Shown piece by piece: positions 1 through 13,192 of a DNA stretch of 64,000 bases; within the stretch, counting starts at the first letter, position 1; every line of letters begins with the position of its first letter. Source of the stretch: Xylographa opegraphella (Eukaryota); assembly GCA_022813865.1 (NCBI GenBank), contig JALDZX010000005.1:1-64000 (forward strand), read 5' to 3'. A model generated the notes under the pieces. That model saw only the letters and a program-made list of their open reading frames with translations, made no database searches and was not told the DNA's origin. Position numbers and translations under genes: made by a program.

Positions 1-63
<63 letters not shown>
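1..63. repeat. (TAAA)n tetranucleotide microsatellite, about 15-16 units, cut by the window start
   Basis: Perfect TAAA tandem run seen directly. Confidence 0.97.
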
Positions 64-64
<1 letters not shown>

Positions 65-535
65 CACAGAATTATATATTTATATATTACTAACGTCGTC
101 GGGTTTACGACGGCTCCAGCTTTTATTTAATAATTTTCGCTATTTTGTAAACAAGGCGAAATTTTATTTTTAACAAGAAAAATAAATTTACGTTTGCAAT
201 ACCTTTTTTATTATATTTAAATATATATATATAATAATAAACGTAAAGATTTATAAAATTGCAAAAATTTTGAAAAATTTTCATTAAAGAAAGTAAAAAA
301 TTACTAATATCGAGTTAATAATTATTATATTTACAACTTTAATATATTAATAATAATTCAATAAAACATTGATTTTATTATAATTATTTCATTTATTCAT
401 TTCAATTATAAATTATATATAAAATAAAACATTAAAAATTATACTTTCGTTAATTGATTAAAATTTTATATGTATAGCAGCGCGATAATTAACCCAATAT
501 GGGTAATTTAATCGATAACATTGTAGCTTGCTATT
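64..535. other. Very AT-rich block, possibly a degraded repeat or transposon relic
   Basis: Far more AT- and TpA-rich than the rest of the window, with no ORF and an abrupt switch to normal composition near 540. The repeat origin is inference. Confidence 0.5.
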
Positions 536-823
536 AATAGCGCCAACGATCCGCTGTGTCCGCACCCTGTACTGAGGCAACCAAATCGCCGAGAGTGGTT
601 GGATACCCGCCCCCACGCAGCGAAGCGGAGGGGGTTTTTAACCGACGAATATATGATTATTTCATTTTATATTCAAATAGCAAGCTCCATCTTTGACGAG
701 AATTTCCCCCACGACGGACCATTTTTGCCGAATTCGATTGCCGTTGTTAAGTAGTACTGCGAGCTTTGAGCTACGGCTGAGGCAAAGTTTCGATCATCGT
801 AATATCACCCATTGCTTTCAAAT

Positions 824-1988
824 ATGAAAATTAGCCAGGTAGTTCCTTCAAAGCCAGAAAGTACATTTGCCACACACTGAATATAAATAGCTGTATACGT
901 ATCCAATCAAATCGTTGCGAGGCGCGGCCTTGGACTCGTCAATCGTTACTCCCTACGGCTTCCCTTATGATCGTCGATTTATGCTGTTGAAGGTCCTCAA
1001 TAATGGAGCACCTCCAACATTTCGGAACATGACCATCACCTATTTCCCAGATATGGTCCTCTTTTCGCAAGAACTACGATTCTCTCAGGGCGGAAGTTCA
1101 GAAGGGGTTGTCGTGGTAACTCATCTATCTCCGGAATCCAACATGCAAACTCAAATTGAGATTCCATTGGTGCCCGACAACTCCCATCTGGAAGTAATAA
1201 ATGTCGTTTTACATAACAGTTCTACAAAGGCCCACGTAATGCAGCGCAAATACAGTGAATGGTTTTCGTCTCGGTTCGGTTACGAAGTGATACTCGTGTA
1301 TATAGGTTCCCATCTTCGTCCTGTCCTCGGCAATTTGTCTCCAAATGCACCCATGCTCGAGAAGGATACGAGTACAACATGGCTGTCAACTTTGACAAAT
1401 TACGTACCGTTTCTGGGCAGTTCTCGAGTGGGAAACATGGATAGCATAACATTCGCGGATGTCGCACCATACTTGGTCGTCACTGAGAAGTCCTTAGAGG
1501 ATGTATCATCTCGACTGCCAGAGGGTGAAGATATGGACATCACCAAGTTCCGACCGAACATAGTCTTGGCAGGCTCAGCAAATGCATATGACGAGGACTT
1601 TTGGGGAGGTCTGCAGATAAGCCCAATGGCCGATACCCTGGATGAAAAGAAGTCGGTTTATATGGACCTCACGCAAAACTGCGCTCGTTGTGCAAGCATT
1701 AATTGGGACTATGAAACTGGGAGAGTCACAGCTGGAGAAAGTGGGACCGTTTTGAAAAAGCTGATGAATGATCGACGAGTGGATAAAGGAACGAAGTACA
1801 GTCCAATTTTTGGGAGATATGGCTTTCTCCAGAACGCTATGAGAGAATGCAGTATTGCAGTAGGAGATACCGTCGAAGTTTCCAAGATAAATGCAGCAAG
1901 AACAACCTTCAGTAAGTCAATTGAATGCTTGCCATGGATGAAGCTAGCATTGAATTTTGGCACAGACTGGCCTGGTCTCGGCAATTAA
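824..1988 (+). CDS. MOSC-domain protein (mARC/YcbX-like, MOSC_N + MOSC)
   Basis: ATG at 824 and intron 839-890 give MKISQLYTYPIKSLRG. Motifs YDRRFML, FADVAPYL, KFRPNIV and CARC. Probable second intron 1912-1965. Confidence 0.9.
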
Positions 1989-3173
1989 CCTCCTGTGACA
2001 ACCTCCAAGCATTCATAAAAATCACCCATGAATACCAGTTAGTGGGTACCCGACGTACTTGGGCCTACATGTGAATTTTACAAATATTATGTACTTCAAG
2101 GCACCTTTAATATCAACTGTCCTTTTGTTATAGTAGGTAAACCCCTCGTTGTTCCGTCATGGTTTGAAGTTTACCCTACTCAGCTGAGTGTTTCGAAATT
2201 TCATGTTTGAATAAGCAATCGCAACAATTTAAGGTCAAATGTTAATTAATTAAGCTCACGCCTTCAGCATAGTCAATAGCCACATTTTCCTGTGTATGAA
2301 TATTCTTGTGATCTTTACCTTAATCATGACCTCAAGTCCCTTTGTTGTTGCTTAGGCAAATCGGCGACTAACAAATTAAACTTCGGTATGAAATGCTTAA
2401 GTTTGTCGAGTTTTTATTCACATTTTTGGCGACCATGAATAGAGTTTGCTATTCTCAATCGATTTTATGGTTTACTTATCTCCGGGTTGTTTCTCCTTAT
2501 TTCGCCTCTTTTTCGTTATGTCTGCGTAGCAACCGTATTCTGGAGGGCCTCACATGCACAGCAGTATTTGAGCTATCTTCAAGGCCTCGGGAAAAAAGAT
2601 TTTCCAAAGTCACTGGTAAATATTTTCATTTCGAGGAACTGAGGCAACTGATTACATCTATGAAACTTGCTTTGCGGTGCCATATCTTTTCCACTGAAGG
2701 CCATGCGTACTTCTGCACTTGCTTGATATCGATTTCCGAATCAACCTAACGGAGCTATAAAAGGTGAATATCCTTATGAGCTGCTCGAGCAGCTCATTGA
2801 TAAGATATGGAAGTTTATTCTTTGATAATTTCGGTCCATAAGCTTGACTTTTCGCAGTTTCTCGCAGAGAGCTATAAGCACGCACGAGTGATCCTTGCGC
2901 AGCTGTTGAGCACGGCAGACTGGACATTGAGAGGCTAACACAGCTCTTCTGTTGCACCACCCGGGTATGTTATGAAGTGCAACGACTGCGGGCAAACACA
3001 CGAGCTCATTCACATGTCTATCGACCTCACATGAGATGGAGACGGTAAACAGGAAAACCAGCGAACTGCAGAGGAAAGTTGAAGGATATAGATATATAAA
3101 GTTATCCAATTCTATCATATTGTTGGTAATAATAAAACAGCTAAGATCCGACCTATACATCGACATAGGCTGC

Positions 3174-4904
3174 TCAAACCGCAGACTTCTCCGACACGAT
3201 CGGGTGCTGGCCTTTCTCGATATCGCCGTCGTCGACCACGGCAACGCCCTTCTGGGTGAGACCCATCTCGTCCGCGAACGTCGAGTGCGGCACCCACTTG
3301 GCAGAGTTTCGAGGGTTTGTCTCCTCCAGCATCCGGTCAACCTGTTCGAGGGAAAGACCCTTCATCTCGGGGACGAGGAAGTATGCGAAGGCGCAGGAGA
3401 TGCAGCAAAGGGATCCCCACAGGAAAAAAACCTTGGCACCAAGGTTGGCATCACCAGGCGCGGTACCGACAAGGTAGGGAGTAATGACACCAATGATCTG
3501 AGGTGACAGTTAAAATCGGAGCTCGGAAGGTTTATCTGGGTGGTCAAGAAAACTTACGCAATTCCAGAACCAGTTGGATGCGGTGGAGAGACCAACACCA
3601 CGGGATCGGATGGGGATAGGGAAGATCTCGCCGACCACGACCCATGCGGAAGGACCCCAGGTAATGGCGAAGAAGAAAATGTTGATGCAAATGAAGGCAA
3701 TCATGGCTTGGACTGCACCAGCGTTGTTGTTCTGCGGCGCGCCAGCGGTCACACCAACGATACCGACAATGAATTGAGCAACGATCATCCCCATAGCGCC
3801 ATAGATGAGAATGCTTCGTCGACCAAATCGTTCAATCATCCAGAAGGACAATGGAGTAGAGCATGTGTTGACAAGAGAAGTGATGAGGGTAATCAGGAAA
3901 GGGTTCGATATCGTACCAAGCGACTGGAAGAAAACCGTCCCAAAGTAGAAGATGAAGTTGATCCCAGTTAATTGCTGCATCATCTGCATGAGGATGCCGA
4001 CGGTGGTGCGACGCGAATTGCTACTACCTTTCAGAATATTTCCCTTGAAGCAGTTGGTCCATCCGCCAATGTAGCTCGTCTGCGGAATAACCTGCATTTC
4101 GTATTCGTGATTCGCCATAATTTCCGCCAGTTCATCCTGAATGTACTCGGATTCTATTGGCTGTCCTCGCACCGAGCACAAAGCCTTGGCAGCCTTTTCG
4201 AGCTTGCCCTTCTTGACGAAATAACGTGGCGACTCGGGGAGGAAGAAAAGACCGGTGGACAGAATGATGGCCCACAAGAACTGAACGGCAATAGGGATCC
4301 GATAAGATCCCGTGTCGTCACGGTTCTGGGTCGCGTAGACAACGCAGTTAGCGAGGAGGATGCCGATGGTGATACAGAACTGGTACCCAGCCACCAGGGC
4401 ACCGCGCACTTTCTTGGGAGCGATCTCCGACATATACAGAATGATGATGGCGGAGATGAAGCCCACGCCGGCACCGGCGATCAAACGGCCGACGACCATG
4501 ACAGCCAGACCGGTCGACGCGGTTTCGAGGATGCAGCCAACGGAGAAAATGAAACAGCCGGCAATGATGGTCATCCGGCGACCGATGAAGTCGGCGATAT
4601 CCCCGGCGATGATAGCTCCGAAAAAGGTACCAGCGGAGAGGATGGAGGTCGTCAACGACTGATCTTGGGCCGTCAGGTGGAAGGCTGTCTTGGCAGCCTT
4701 ATCACCAGGAGCGGGATACTGGAGGCCAGTGTATTGACGGATGAAGTAGGGCATGCCCAACACCCCTCCCATCCAGCCAGTATCGTAGCCAAAGAAGATA
4801 CCACCAAAGGCGGCGAAAGCGCACATCAGATAGGCCTTGATGGTCACGGGGGCTTCAATGCGGCCCGTGTCGGCCGTGCCGGTGATGACCATTCCTCCAG
4901 GCAT
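3174..4904 (-). CDS. MFS sugar porter, high-affinity hexose transporter type
   Basis: Starts MPGGMVITG at 4904. Motifs FGGIFFGYDTG, DFIGRR, PESPRY, QQLTGINFIFYFG and PEMKGLSLEQVD. Intron 3498-3557. Confidence 0.95.
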
Positions 4905-4936
4905 GACGGGCAGTTTGAGGCTGCAGTGGCTGGGGG

Positions 4937-4939
<3 letters not shown>

Positions 4940-4997
<58 letters not shown>
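4940..4997. repeat. (GA)n/(CT)n microsatellite, about 28 units with one interruption, in the probable 5' UTR of the transporter
   Basis: Seen directly, about 35 bp upstream of the ATG. Confidence 0.95.
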
Positions 4998-5079
4998 GAA
5001 AGTCGAGGGGACTGCGGAGGAGGAGGAGCGCGGACGACGACGAGAATCAGAATCGGAGGGCAAGGCTGGCTGGGGGAGC

Positions 5080-5085
5080 TTTATA
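5080..5085 (-). promoter_or_regulatory. Putative TATA box of the hexose transporter
   Basis: TATAAA on the minus strand within GC-rich sequence, about 175 bp upstream of the ATG and just above a pyrimidine-rich tract. Confidence 0.55.
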
Positions 5086-8000
5086 CACCGTCCAGGACGT
5101 TTCGAGGAGGCGGGTGGGGGGAGAGTGAGACCAAGCTTCCTTGCGATTGAACAAGTCGGGGACCCCGCATTGCAGGGGAAGGAACACACACATGGATGAT
5201 GGGTGCTAGAGGGCTGACCGGGGCTGATGGGCTGCCAACTGGGTGAGAACAGGGAGGAATTGGGGTCGAGTTGGCGGGTGGCGAGTGGTGAGTGGCGAGC
5301 GTTTGAGTGCTTTGGTGGTGCAGGTGTGCTGGTTGTGATAGTTGGTGTGGGTGAGCAGTACGGGGAGTAGGAAGTCGGTACTCCGTACCTAGGTGCGGAG
5401 TAGTCAGATGCTAAAGCGGGCCCACCACACGAGCGTCTGGATTCGGGTGACGGACAGGGAAGACCGTGGTGCTGCCCACTACCCGCACCGTGCTTCAAAG
5501 TTCAGGCTGGCCTGTCACGAAGCTTCGCGCCACTCCGCACCTTGGCGCCCTTCAGCGGCCAGCTGCAGCTGTCGACGGGCCAATGACGAGGAGGCGAAAG
5601 GCTGGCTTGCAACATGCAACCCCGGACCCTCCATCACGTGAGCAGAGTCTGTCCAGCGGCGAAAGAGGTTACTTGTCCCAGAAAGTCCCAGCATGCCGAT
5701 GAACATGACCCATTCACACCCCTCCCCCCCCGCCACCCCTGCTCGCACTTCCCTCCAGCAAACGAGAACAGACCTGGGGAAACCTGTGGGCGCTGCCATC
5801 TTCATGCACACGGCTACTCTCCTCCGTGTACGGAGTAGGTAATCTCTACTAGGGATGGGGTCGACTCGACGTACTAATTTCGAAGGGGCACTTTGGTACG
5901 CAGTAGTATTTTCTGACGACTGCACTACGACAATCGTGGATTCGAATCAGCCGATGCACTTCTAATCTCCCGTTCATTACGGAGTATGGATGCGGCCATG
6001 GCCCCACGCTGGACGGCGTGGTAGGTGGCACCCGACCCTTTCCCGTACTCACCCATACTGCAAAATGTGGTTGCACCACCTGGCTGTGAGAGGTGAGCTG
6101 CTGTTGAGCGTAAGGTATTACCTTACCTTAGGAAGCCCCTCTGCAGCTTTTCTCATGCAGCTTATCGAGCCAGAACGTTCTTGCCGCCTTCCAGAAGCCC
6201 AACGGCCGAGATGCCGTCCGTCTTGGATGCAAGTCCTACCTGGCCCTTGAGGCTGGTCCCGCTAACATTTAGGATTCACTAGTCTGGCGAGCACTCGCGG
6301 TACTGCACCCTGATCTGGTCGAGCCTTCACAACCTATGAAAATTGCAAACCAGCTAAGGAATGAATACGGAGTACTCTGGTGCATGTCGCCTGCCGCCAT
6401 ATTATTGATTCTCATCGAACCGCCGTCTCTCGTACAACTCAGGCTGGCTCGCCAGGCAGGGATCTAATGCGGATACAAAGAAATGCCAGTCCGCCGCTTG
6501 TGTCAGCGCTATTTCAGCATTCATCTCGCCCCTACAACACGGCATGAGGAGGGGCTGCTTAGGTCGCCGCTCAGCGCGTCGAGCCTCCACTAGATGCCTT
6601 TGTTCGGCCTCTTAGCCCACTCTGTGCCGCAACGTACTCGACATGAGATCAGGTGAGGAAATGACACGCAGAACGGCTCCACTGAACGGGCCTGGCACGG
6701 CTTTCCGAAGTCACAAGCCAATAGCCGTGGGACAGCGGCTGAATATCGTCCCGTATTGGAGAACAGTGCGGTCGTCGGCGGTGGGAATCTTTCGGCGGTG
6801 GGAATCTTTGAGCGGTGAACCTCTCATGTAGCATGTTAGACTCGGAGAGGGTGTGTGACGACCCGGCGATGGCGGGACACATAGGGTTGTTCATGCCTTC
6901 TCATCAATTGATTGAGCTTGTCTGGTGTGGCCACCGTACCCACGGTCCCGGATGTTCGAGAGGAGTACGGGAAGTCATGCACACCCTCCGTAGATGGCTG
7001 GATGTTGCACAGCGCAAAGGCTTTAGAGCAATCGTTGTCGGAGGTTCTGTAAGAAACTAATGCCAGTGCTCAGCACTCGACGCCTCATCCCCGTAACAAA
7101 TATCCACAATTACCTGGATCGGGCGCTAGGATGATCTTCCTCACCAGCACGCCTCTTCCAGATCCTGCCCCACCACTGGCCGGAGAAATGATCCCTTCTC
7201 CCCGCAAGTGACGCCAAACATCGACCAGAGGTACCCAAGGTCAATACCATGGGTACCTTACCTACAGTACTTTACAGGCTACGGCAAGGTAAATAAAAAG
7301 ATATTGACCGGATCCATGCGCGCCAGCAGAGTCCGAGTCTCGGAAAAAGTACGTCTGGGTAGCGTAAGGCAGGATAATGATGATCGCGACGGCAGAGCCG
7401 TAAACAGCCCGCCTATCAAAACAACCGAACAGCTGGCCGGCTCGATTGAAGGCGTAGGAGTAGGCGCCATATGGCCGAACACGTAATCTATATAGCCACA
7501 GAGTTCTTACATAACGTCTTCCAAAGATCACGTTTCTTACACTCGTCTCACATCACATTGTGACAATACCAAATCAACAGACAAAACACCGCGTGATCCG
7601 GTCCCCCCATCAGACCATCGCTCAACTCTTAACCGCTCTGACATCTTTACACAAGCAATTTGAGCCGACGCCGCCTAGCCACGTTTGTTCGCTACGGGCT
7701 CATTCTGGTAGACTGGCGGATTCGATTATGAGGATGCACATCGGCGCTGTATCCGGGAAAAAGGCAAGTCCAGGAGGAGCTTGTGCGTGATATGAGCAGC
7801 ACGGTAGTCGCTATGAACGGATAGTTACATACGGGATCCTAAAGGTTCCTTCGCTAGTGCAAACTACGGCTTCCAGTCTCCCAAACCCCCTTTGACGGTC
7901 TCGCCCTCCACCGTGTCGCATATAGGGCTTGAATCCAACCTAATTAAACCCTCCAGCAAGCTTTTCGAGGGGGGTTGTCCAAGGCAAAGATTATTGGCAT

Positions 8001-9001
8001 CCGAAAACCTGCATGACAAGGCTCTTCGCTGAGAGATGATCCGCCAAAGATTCAGTGGCTGTTGGATGACGGACAAGTCTGGAAGGTAATTGTAGTTGTG
8101 ATCTACAACCACATCCAGAGTCGCTGCGATGCTTGACAGAAGCAATTTCTTTTCTGCACATCCTGGTGGTAGATTCGTGTCTGTGCAGGAATAATGGCGC
8201 TCTCTGCTCTCTCTGGAAAAGTCAAAGACCATCAAGATCGAGCCTGACGTCGACGCCACTCCAAAGATCGAAGACTCCGGGTTCGTTTCGGGTCTGGACA
8301 CTGCCACTTACCAGCTGCTCTATCTTTTATACCTTCAGGTCGGGATCACATCTTGTCACGTAGATAAAGGCCAAGGCATAACCGAGGAGTTGCCCCAATA
8401 TTTATTCCGTGTCTTTAATTTGAAGGGTAGTGGACTATCGTCGGAATACAATGCGTGAAACGACTTCAATGGAGGAACACTTTCACCGAAGCAGGACAAC
8501 TATGTATAGTTATCAGATAGGTTGACATGATACCTAGTAAAGCTCTCGTGGTCGAGCTGGTGGTAACAACGGATTCTGTCGCTATGCAAGTCCCAGACAT
8601 GCATGAATTCGCCATAGATTCAACTTCTCCTGCCGGGGCTCTCCTCAACAGGCAGCACGACACTTGCCACACCACCAAGCAATCTTTTTACGAGCCATTT
8701 TGACCGCACAACTGACCGCTCTTGTTAATAACGTCCAAGAACGGGTGACAGGCTGTCATGAAACCCTGGTAGGAAAGCGGCACTGGCGCGGTGTTTTTCA
8801 GCGTTATCCGCATTATTCAGGTGAAAACTTTGAGCCACGAATAGGTTTGTCGCGCAGCGCTACCGCATTTTTTGTAATTAAATTACGACCAATACAGCTG
8901 GTTCGGTTCTTAATGTCATGTAGTGTAAAGCCTGAGAGGACTGCGACTGAGAATACCCGGAAGCGCTCGTATGGCTGCGATCTCATGGTATTAGTGGAAC
9001 T

Positions 9002-11534
9002 TCAAACCATCTCACCTTCGCCCTCTTCCTCTGCTTCTACTTCGTCGTCCCACTCGACGTCTGCTGCGGCTATTTCCGCTGCGCGCTGAACCTGTTTCTG
9101 GTAAGCCAAAGCATCACAGTAAATGCCTTCGTAAGAAAAAAATTACCTCCGCTAAACCACTGACCTCCTCTACATACCCCTTTTCATTGAGAGCTCGTTT
9201 CACAAATTCCCATCCCTCGCTGATATATCGCGCGGTGACTTTGTCGGAGCAGGCACTGCAGGAATCATAGCTTTTGCCGCTGATTACCATGTTCTGAAAA
9301 GTCGATAGAAAACCGCGTATTTGGTGTGGCACTATACCCAGTGGATGATCTCCTGTGTCTCTTTCGTCATGAGAAGGCGATGGTGCCAAAGGGCCTAGTG
9401 GATGCTGAAGAACAGACACGAAAATCTCAACCAGGAGCGCTGAAGCAATGGCCGCAATTCCTGGGCGAGTCACCGTGCATTGCTGATCAAGGGTTCGGTC
9501 CGTTAAGGACTAAACATGAGGTCAGCACGAAATGTGATAGCCATATGGATGAGGTACACTAACATCGGTGGGCGCCACTACATCGTTGCAAAAGTAGCAT
9601 CCAAGCTCGGTTCCTTCACTTGGCTTACCTGGATCCTTCCATCCATGTCTCATGACCACGAACGTATCAAAACCGAGAGCCGCGTTTAACACAATTTTAC
9701 CCTTTGCTTTGCCCACAAGCGTCGGAAGCCACCGACTCTCACGAGTGTCCATGAGGAGAAAGATGGCATCGTGATCATCGATCAGCTTCTCCAGAACATC
9801 GAATTCAGCCTTGACAGCGTTCTCGTCCATTACAGGATGACCCGCCATAGGTACCATTAGGGTATGCCCTGCCGAATTAACTCCCGGATAAATCTCAGTT
9901 AATGCCTCAGCCGCCCGAACAGCCTTCTTAGCTCCTCCAGCGAGGCAGTCCTTGAAGTCGAAAAGGGGTTGTCGGACTGGATTGGAAAATGAGACATTGC
10001 CATTGTCGACAAAAGTTATCATACGAACACCCCAACCCTAATGACGCGATCTATTAGAAACCGCATCTCTCCAGCATGAGCCGGAAGAATAATTCAGAGC
10101 TTACAAGAAGATTTCTGGCTACGTAAGTACCAAGTGTACCTGCTCCAAGAAGTAAACACTTTGTCTCTTTAATTTTCTCCAGGTCCAGACCAGGCGCAAT
10201 ACGCCATTTAATAAGCTTCAGGTTCAGATCTACTGCCTGATCGGCAAGTCTGAACCATTTGGTCAGTAGAGCCAAAAACCGCATCAATTGTCCCACATAC
10301 CGTTGTGGATCCATATACTCCCCAAGATTCGCAACTTTGCTGACCACCTTTGCATCCTTGTTACGTTCCCAACCTGTGATCTTGGGTACCTTTAACCGTT
10401 GTGCTGTCGCGCTGGAGATACCAAGCTTTTCAAAGCCAGTGGATAAACCAGCTGCCGAAGTCCGCAGATGAATTATGAAGCTTCTTGCCTCATGACGCTG
10501 CGACTGAATATCTCTGTAACACAGAATCTGTATCTGTGCCAGTTTCCACCGATGACGCACAAGCATTAATAAGTTTCGCAACATCCACCCAGGATGGACA
10601 GAGTAATTCGAGGGGTCAGCAAAGCATACGAGGCAGTCCTCTGGGCGCGCACCATCGAAAAACCCTTCCTCGTATTGCCCAAGTGATCCAATCATCCAAG
10701 TGAAGCCAATGTCTATCCCGGGAGTCCCAGGAGTCACTGGTCGCAATCGCTCTGCATCCGAATCCCAGCTACCGTTGGTTGAGGTAGCTCTTGCCTTTTT
10801 CGCAAGGAAGAATCCATACTGACGGGCATCGACACCATATCGCCAGGTTTGCACGCTGTCGACAAGTGCTGTAGTCTCATCCCCCTTAAGCGGAATTCCG
10901 AACCCATCCCATAACCCGGATTGGGTTGAAGACCCTGTAAAGTGGTACTGTGGGTCAAGTGTCCAGGGGAGGTCAAAGTGAAGAGCTGGAAAGCCGAACA
11001 GGTAGGTGAACTTATACTTCTTGAGATCTGCGAAACAAACAATCGTGAAAGAGGCCAAAAGGGATGGGCACGAGTAGATGGTGCCGTCATCTATCGCAGC
11101 CCAGATCTAGCGGTCGGGGTTAGCAAGCTGAGCAAGGCAGCATGGTGTTCGCGACATCAACGTACGGTGCGTCCTGCCTGGTTCAAAATAGCGCTTTTAT
11201 CTAACGCTCTGTAATCTTCAATAGTATTGACATTCTTAATCATCCCTTCAGCTCGATAGAAACCTGCAGGTACTCTGTGTCTTGCGGTCAGCGACGACCT
11301 CAAGAGACTTTTTTGGTAGGGACATACTGACTCGTCCCCAGTCAACGCATTTGCATGTAATTGCATTCGGCACGATGCGTTATCCGAATCTTTGGGATTC
11401 AACTCGTACAGCCCTAGCACACGTCTCGCCGAGTCGTCCAGTTTATCATGATTGATTTTATGTGAAGCTAGCGAAGTATAGAAAGGTAACTCGATATCGG
11501 ATGTGAATGTTGCGTACTTAAACGTGCCTGCCAT
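9002..11534 (-). CDS. ATG7: Autophagy E1-like activating enzyme Atg7 (multi-exon)
   Basis: Motifs [54 protein letters not shown] and [13 protein letters not shown] (catalytic Cys). Acidic tail EEEGEGEMV with TGA at 9004-9002. Confidence 0.96.
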
Positions 11535-11827
11535 TGTGGAGAACGGAAACAGTAGGTCGTGAATGAGGAATCGAGAACTAATGCGCAGGGTATAAAACGT
11601 AACTCCGGAGTAAGGTACATGACACGTAGGTTGTGACTTGTTTCTATAGTCCCATAAGGCAACTGGCACCCCGTCATCCGACACGACGCATGTTCCGACC
11701 CCAGCACTTCCTACCCGGTGATGAGTGCACCTGGCGCGTTAGAGCACACGCCTGTTATCCCTTTTTAGCTAAGTAGACAAATGTGAAGCAATATATTTTA
11801 GCAACTACTATAGCTGTCACCTTAATA

Positions 11828-12989
11828 ATGCTTATAGGTATCTGCGGAGGTGCGCGAGATCTATTGCCGAACGAAAGACTAGGTAGTTCATTTCATACTA
11901 ACCGCTTGACCAGGTATCTGTGCTGGAAAGCACGAAGTAGCCAAATATCTGATACAGCACCACGGGTTTCTGGAAGTACATCTATCTCGCACAAATACAA
12001 CAATCTCAACGGAGGAACCCACTCTTGAACCTTGGCCTCCACGTGTTGAGCATTTGCCCGTTTCCGCAAACGAAACAGGAGAGTATTCCTTTGCGGCGAT
12101 AGATTCACTTCTGGACTTTGTCACAAAGCGCTGGCAAGAACGCTGGGTCTTGACTGAGATCTGGAATGAGAGTATCTTAGAGCGTCTGGTACGACGACCG
12201 TTCTTCCTGCTCGTGAGCATCACTGCGCCAGTGGGCCTACGCTGGCAGCGCTCAAAGGATAGGTATATATGAGAGCCTTCAGCCAATTAAGTCCGATGAA
12301 CAAGCTGACATGGTTTTAGATGTGAGCGTAATCACCAAATTTCACCATCGTTGGAGGAGTTCATCAGACGTGACGATGACTATTTGTACAATCAACCGTT
12401 CGGTCTGGCTGGCTTAATTGATCGAGCCGAAGTTCGCTTGATCAATTCGACTTCGTGTCTGCGAAAACTACACGAATCCCTGAACACACTGAATCTGATC
12501 AACGATGAGCGCCTGAGACCGAATTGGGACCAGTACTTCATGCGATTAGCGTCTCTGGCAGCACAGAGGAGCAACTGTATGAAAAGACGCGTGGGATGTG
12601 TCCTAGTGCGCGAGAAGCGTGTTATTAGCACGGGATACTGCGGTACACCGCGTAACCTCAAGAACTGCAACGAAGGCGGTTGCCCGAGATGCAATGACGC
12701 CCAAAGAGCGGGTATAGGATTGTCAACTTGCCTATGCATTCACGCTGAAGAGAATGCTTTGCTGGAAGCCGGGCGCGAACGGATTCGAGAAGGTTCTATC
12801 CTTTACTGCGATACTTGTCCATGCCTTACTTGTAGTGTCAAGATTACTCAGGTAGGGATTTCGGAGGTGGTCTATTCTCAGGCATACAGTATGGACCAAG
12901 CAACGGCCGCTGTCTTTCTGCAAGGTGGTGTGATGCTTAGACAATTCTCCCCAACAAGCAAAGGGATAATGTATCTAGGCTCGGGCTGA
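11828..12989 (+). CDS. DCD1: dCMP deaminase
   Basis: Spliced start MLIGICGGICAGK (intron 11850-11913, second intron near 12263-12319). Motifs RPNWDQYFM, RSNCMKRRVG, HAEENAL and PCLTC. Confidence 0.95.
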
Positions 12990-13116
12990 GAGAACCTTGC
13001 CACGCATCCGAGTTTGCAATACCGCCGAGTGCTTCTGAATACTTGTTGCGGAGATTCACGTTGTTTTCTCGCCAAATGACTTATCCGTGATCCGGCCCGC
13101 CCTCGGCCATCCTTGC

Positions 13117-13123
13117 TGACTCA
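13117..13123 (+). promoter_or_regulatory. CpcA/Cpc-1/Gcn4 response element TGACTCA
   Basis: Perfect consensus 70 bp upstream of the HIS7 ATG. Confidence 0.7.
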
Positions 13124-13192
13124 TGTCTGAGCACCAACCCATTCTGTTGGACTAGCAAAATCCACAAGGAAATATGTATCACAGGTTCAGCA

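Noticed and set aside
1..63. Telomeric repeat
   Set aside because: The unit is TAAA, not the TTAGGG/CCCTAA typical of filamentous ascomycetes.
3036..4940. Long plus-strand ORFs (156, 143 and 322 aa) opposite the transporter
   Set aside because: Antisense shadows caused by GC-biased codon usage.
4905..5498. 198-codon N-terminal extension of the sugar transporter in the ORF track
   Set aside because: It starts at a non-ATG codon, runs through the CT microsatellite and a TATA box, and is low-complexity. The family-like start is MPGG at 4904.
7864..9089. ORFs of 141-147 aa between the transporter and ATG7
   Set aside because: Non-ATG starts, no recognisable motifs or splice support, and one overlaps the ATG7 3' end antisense.
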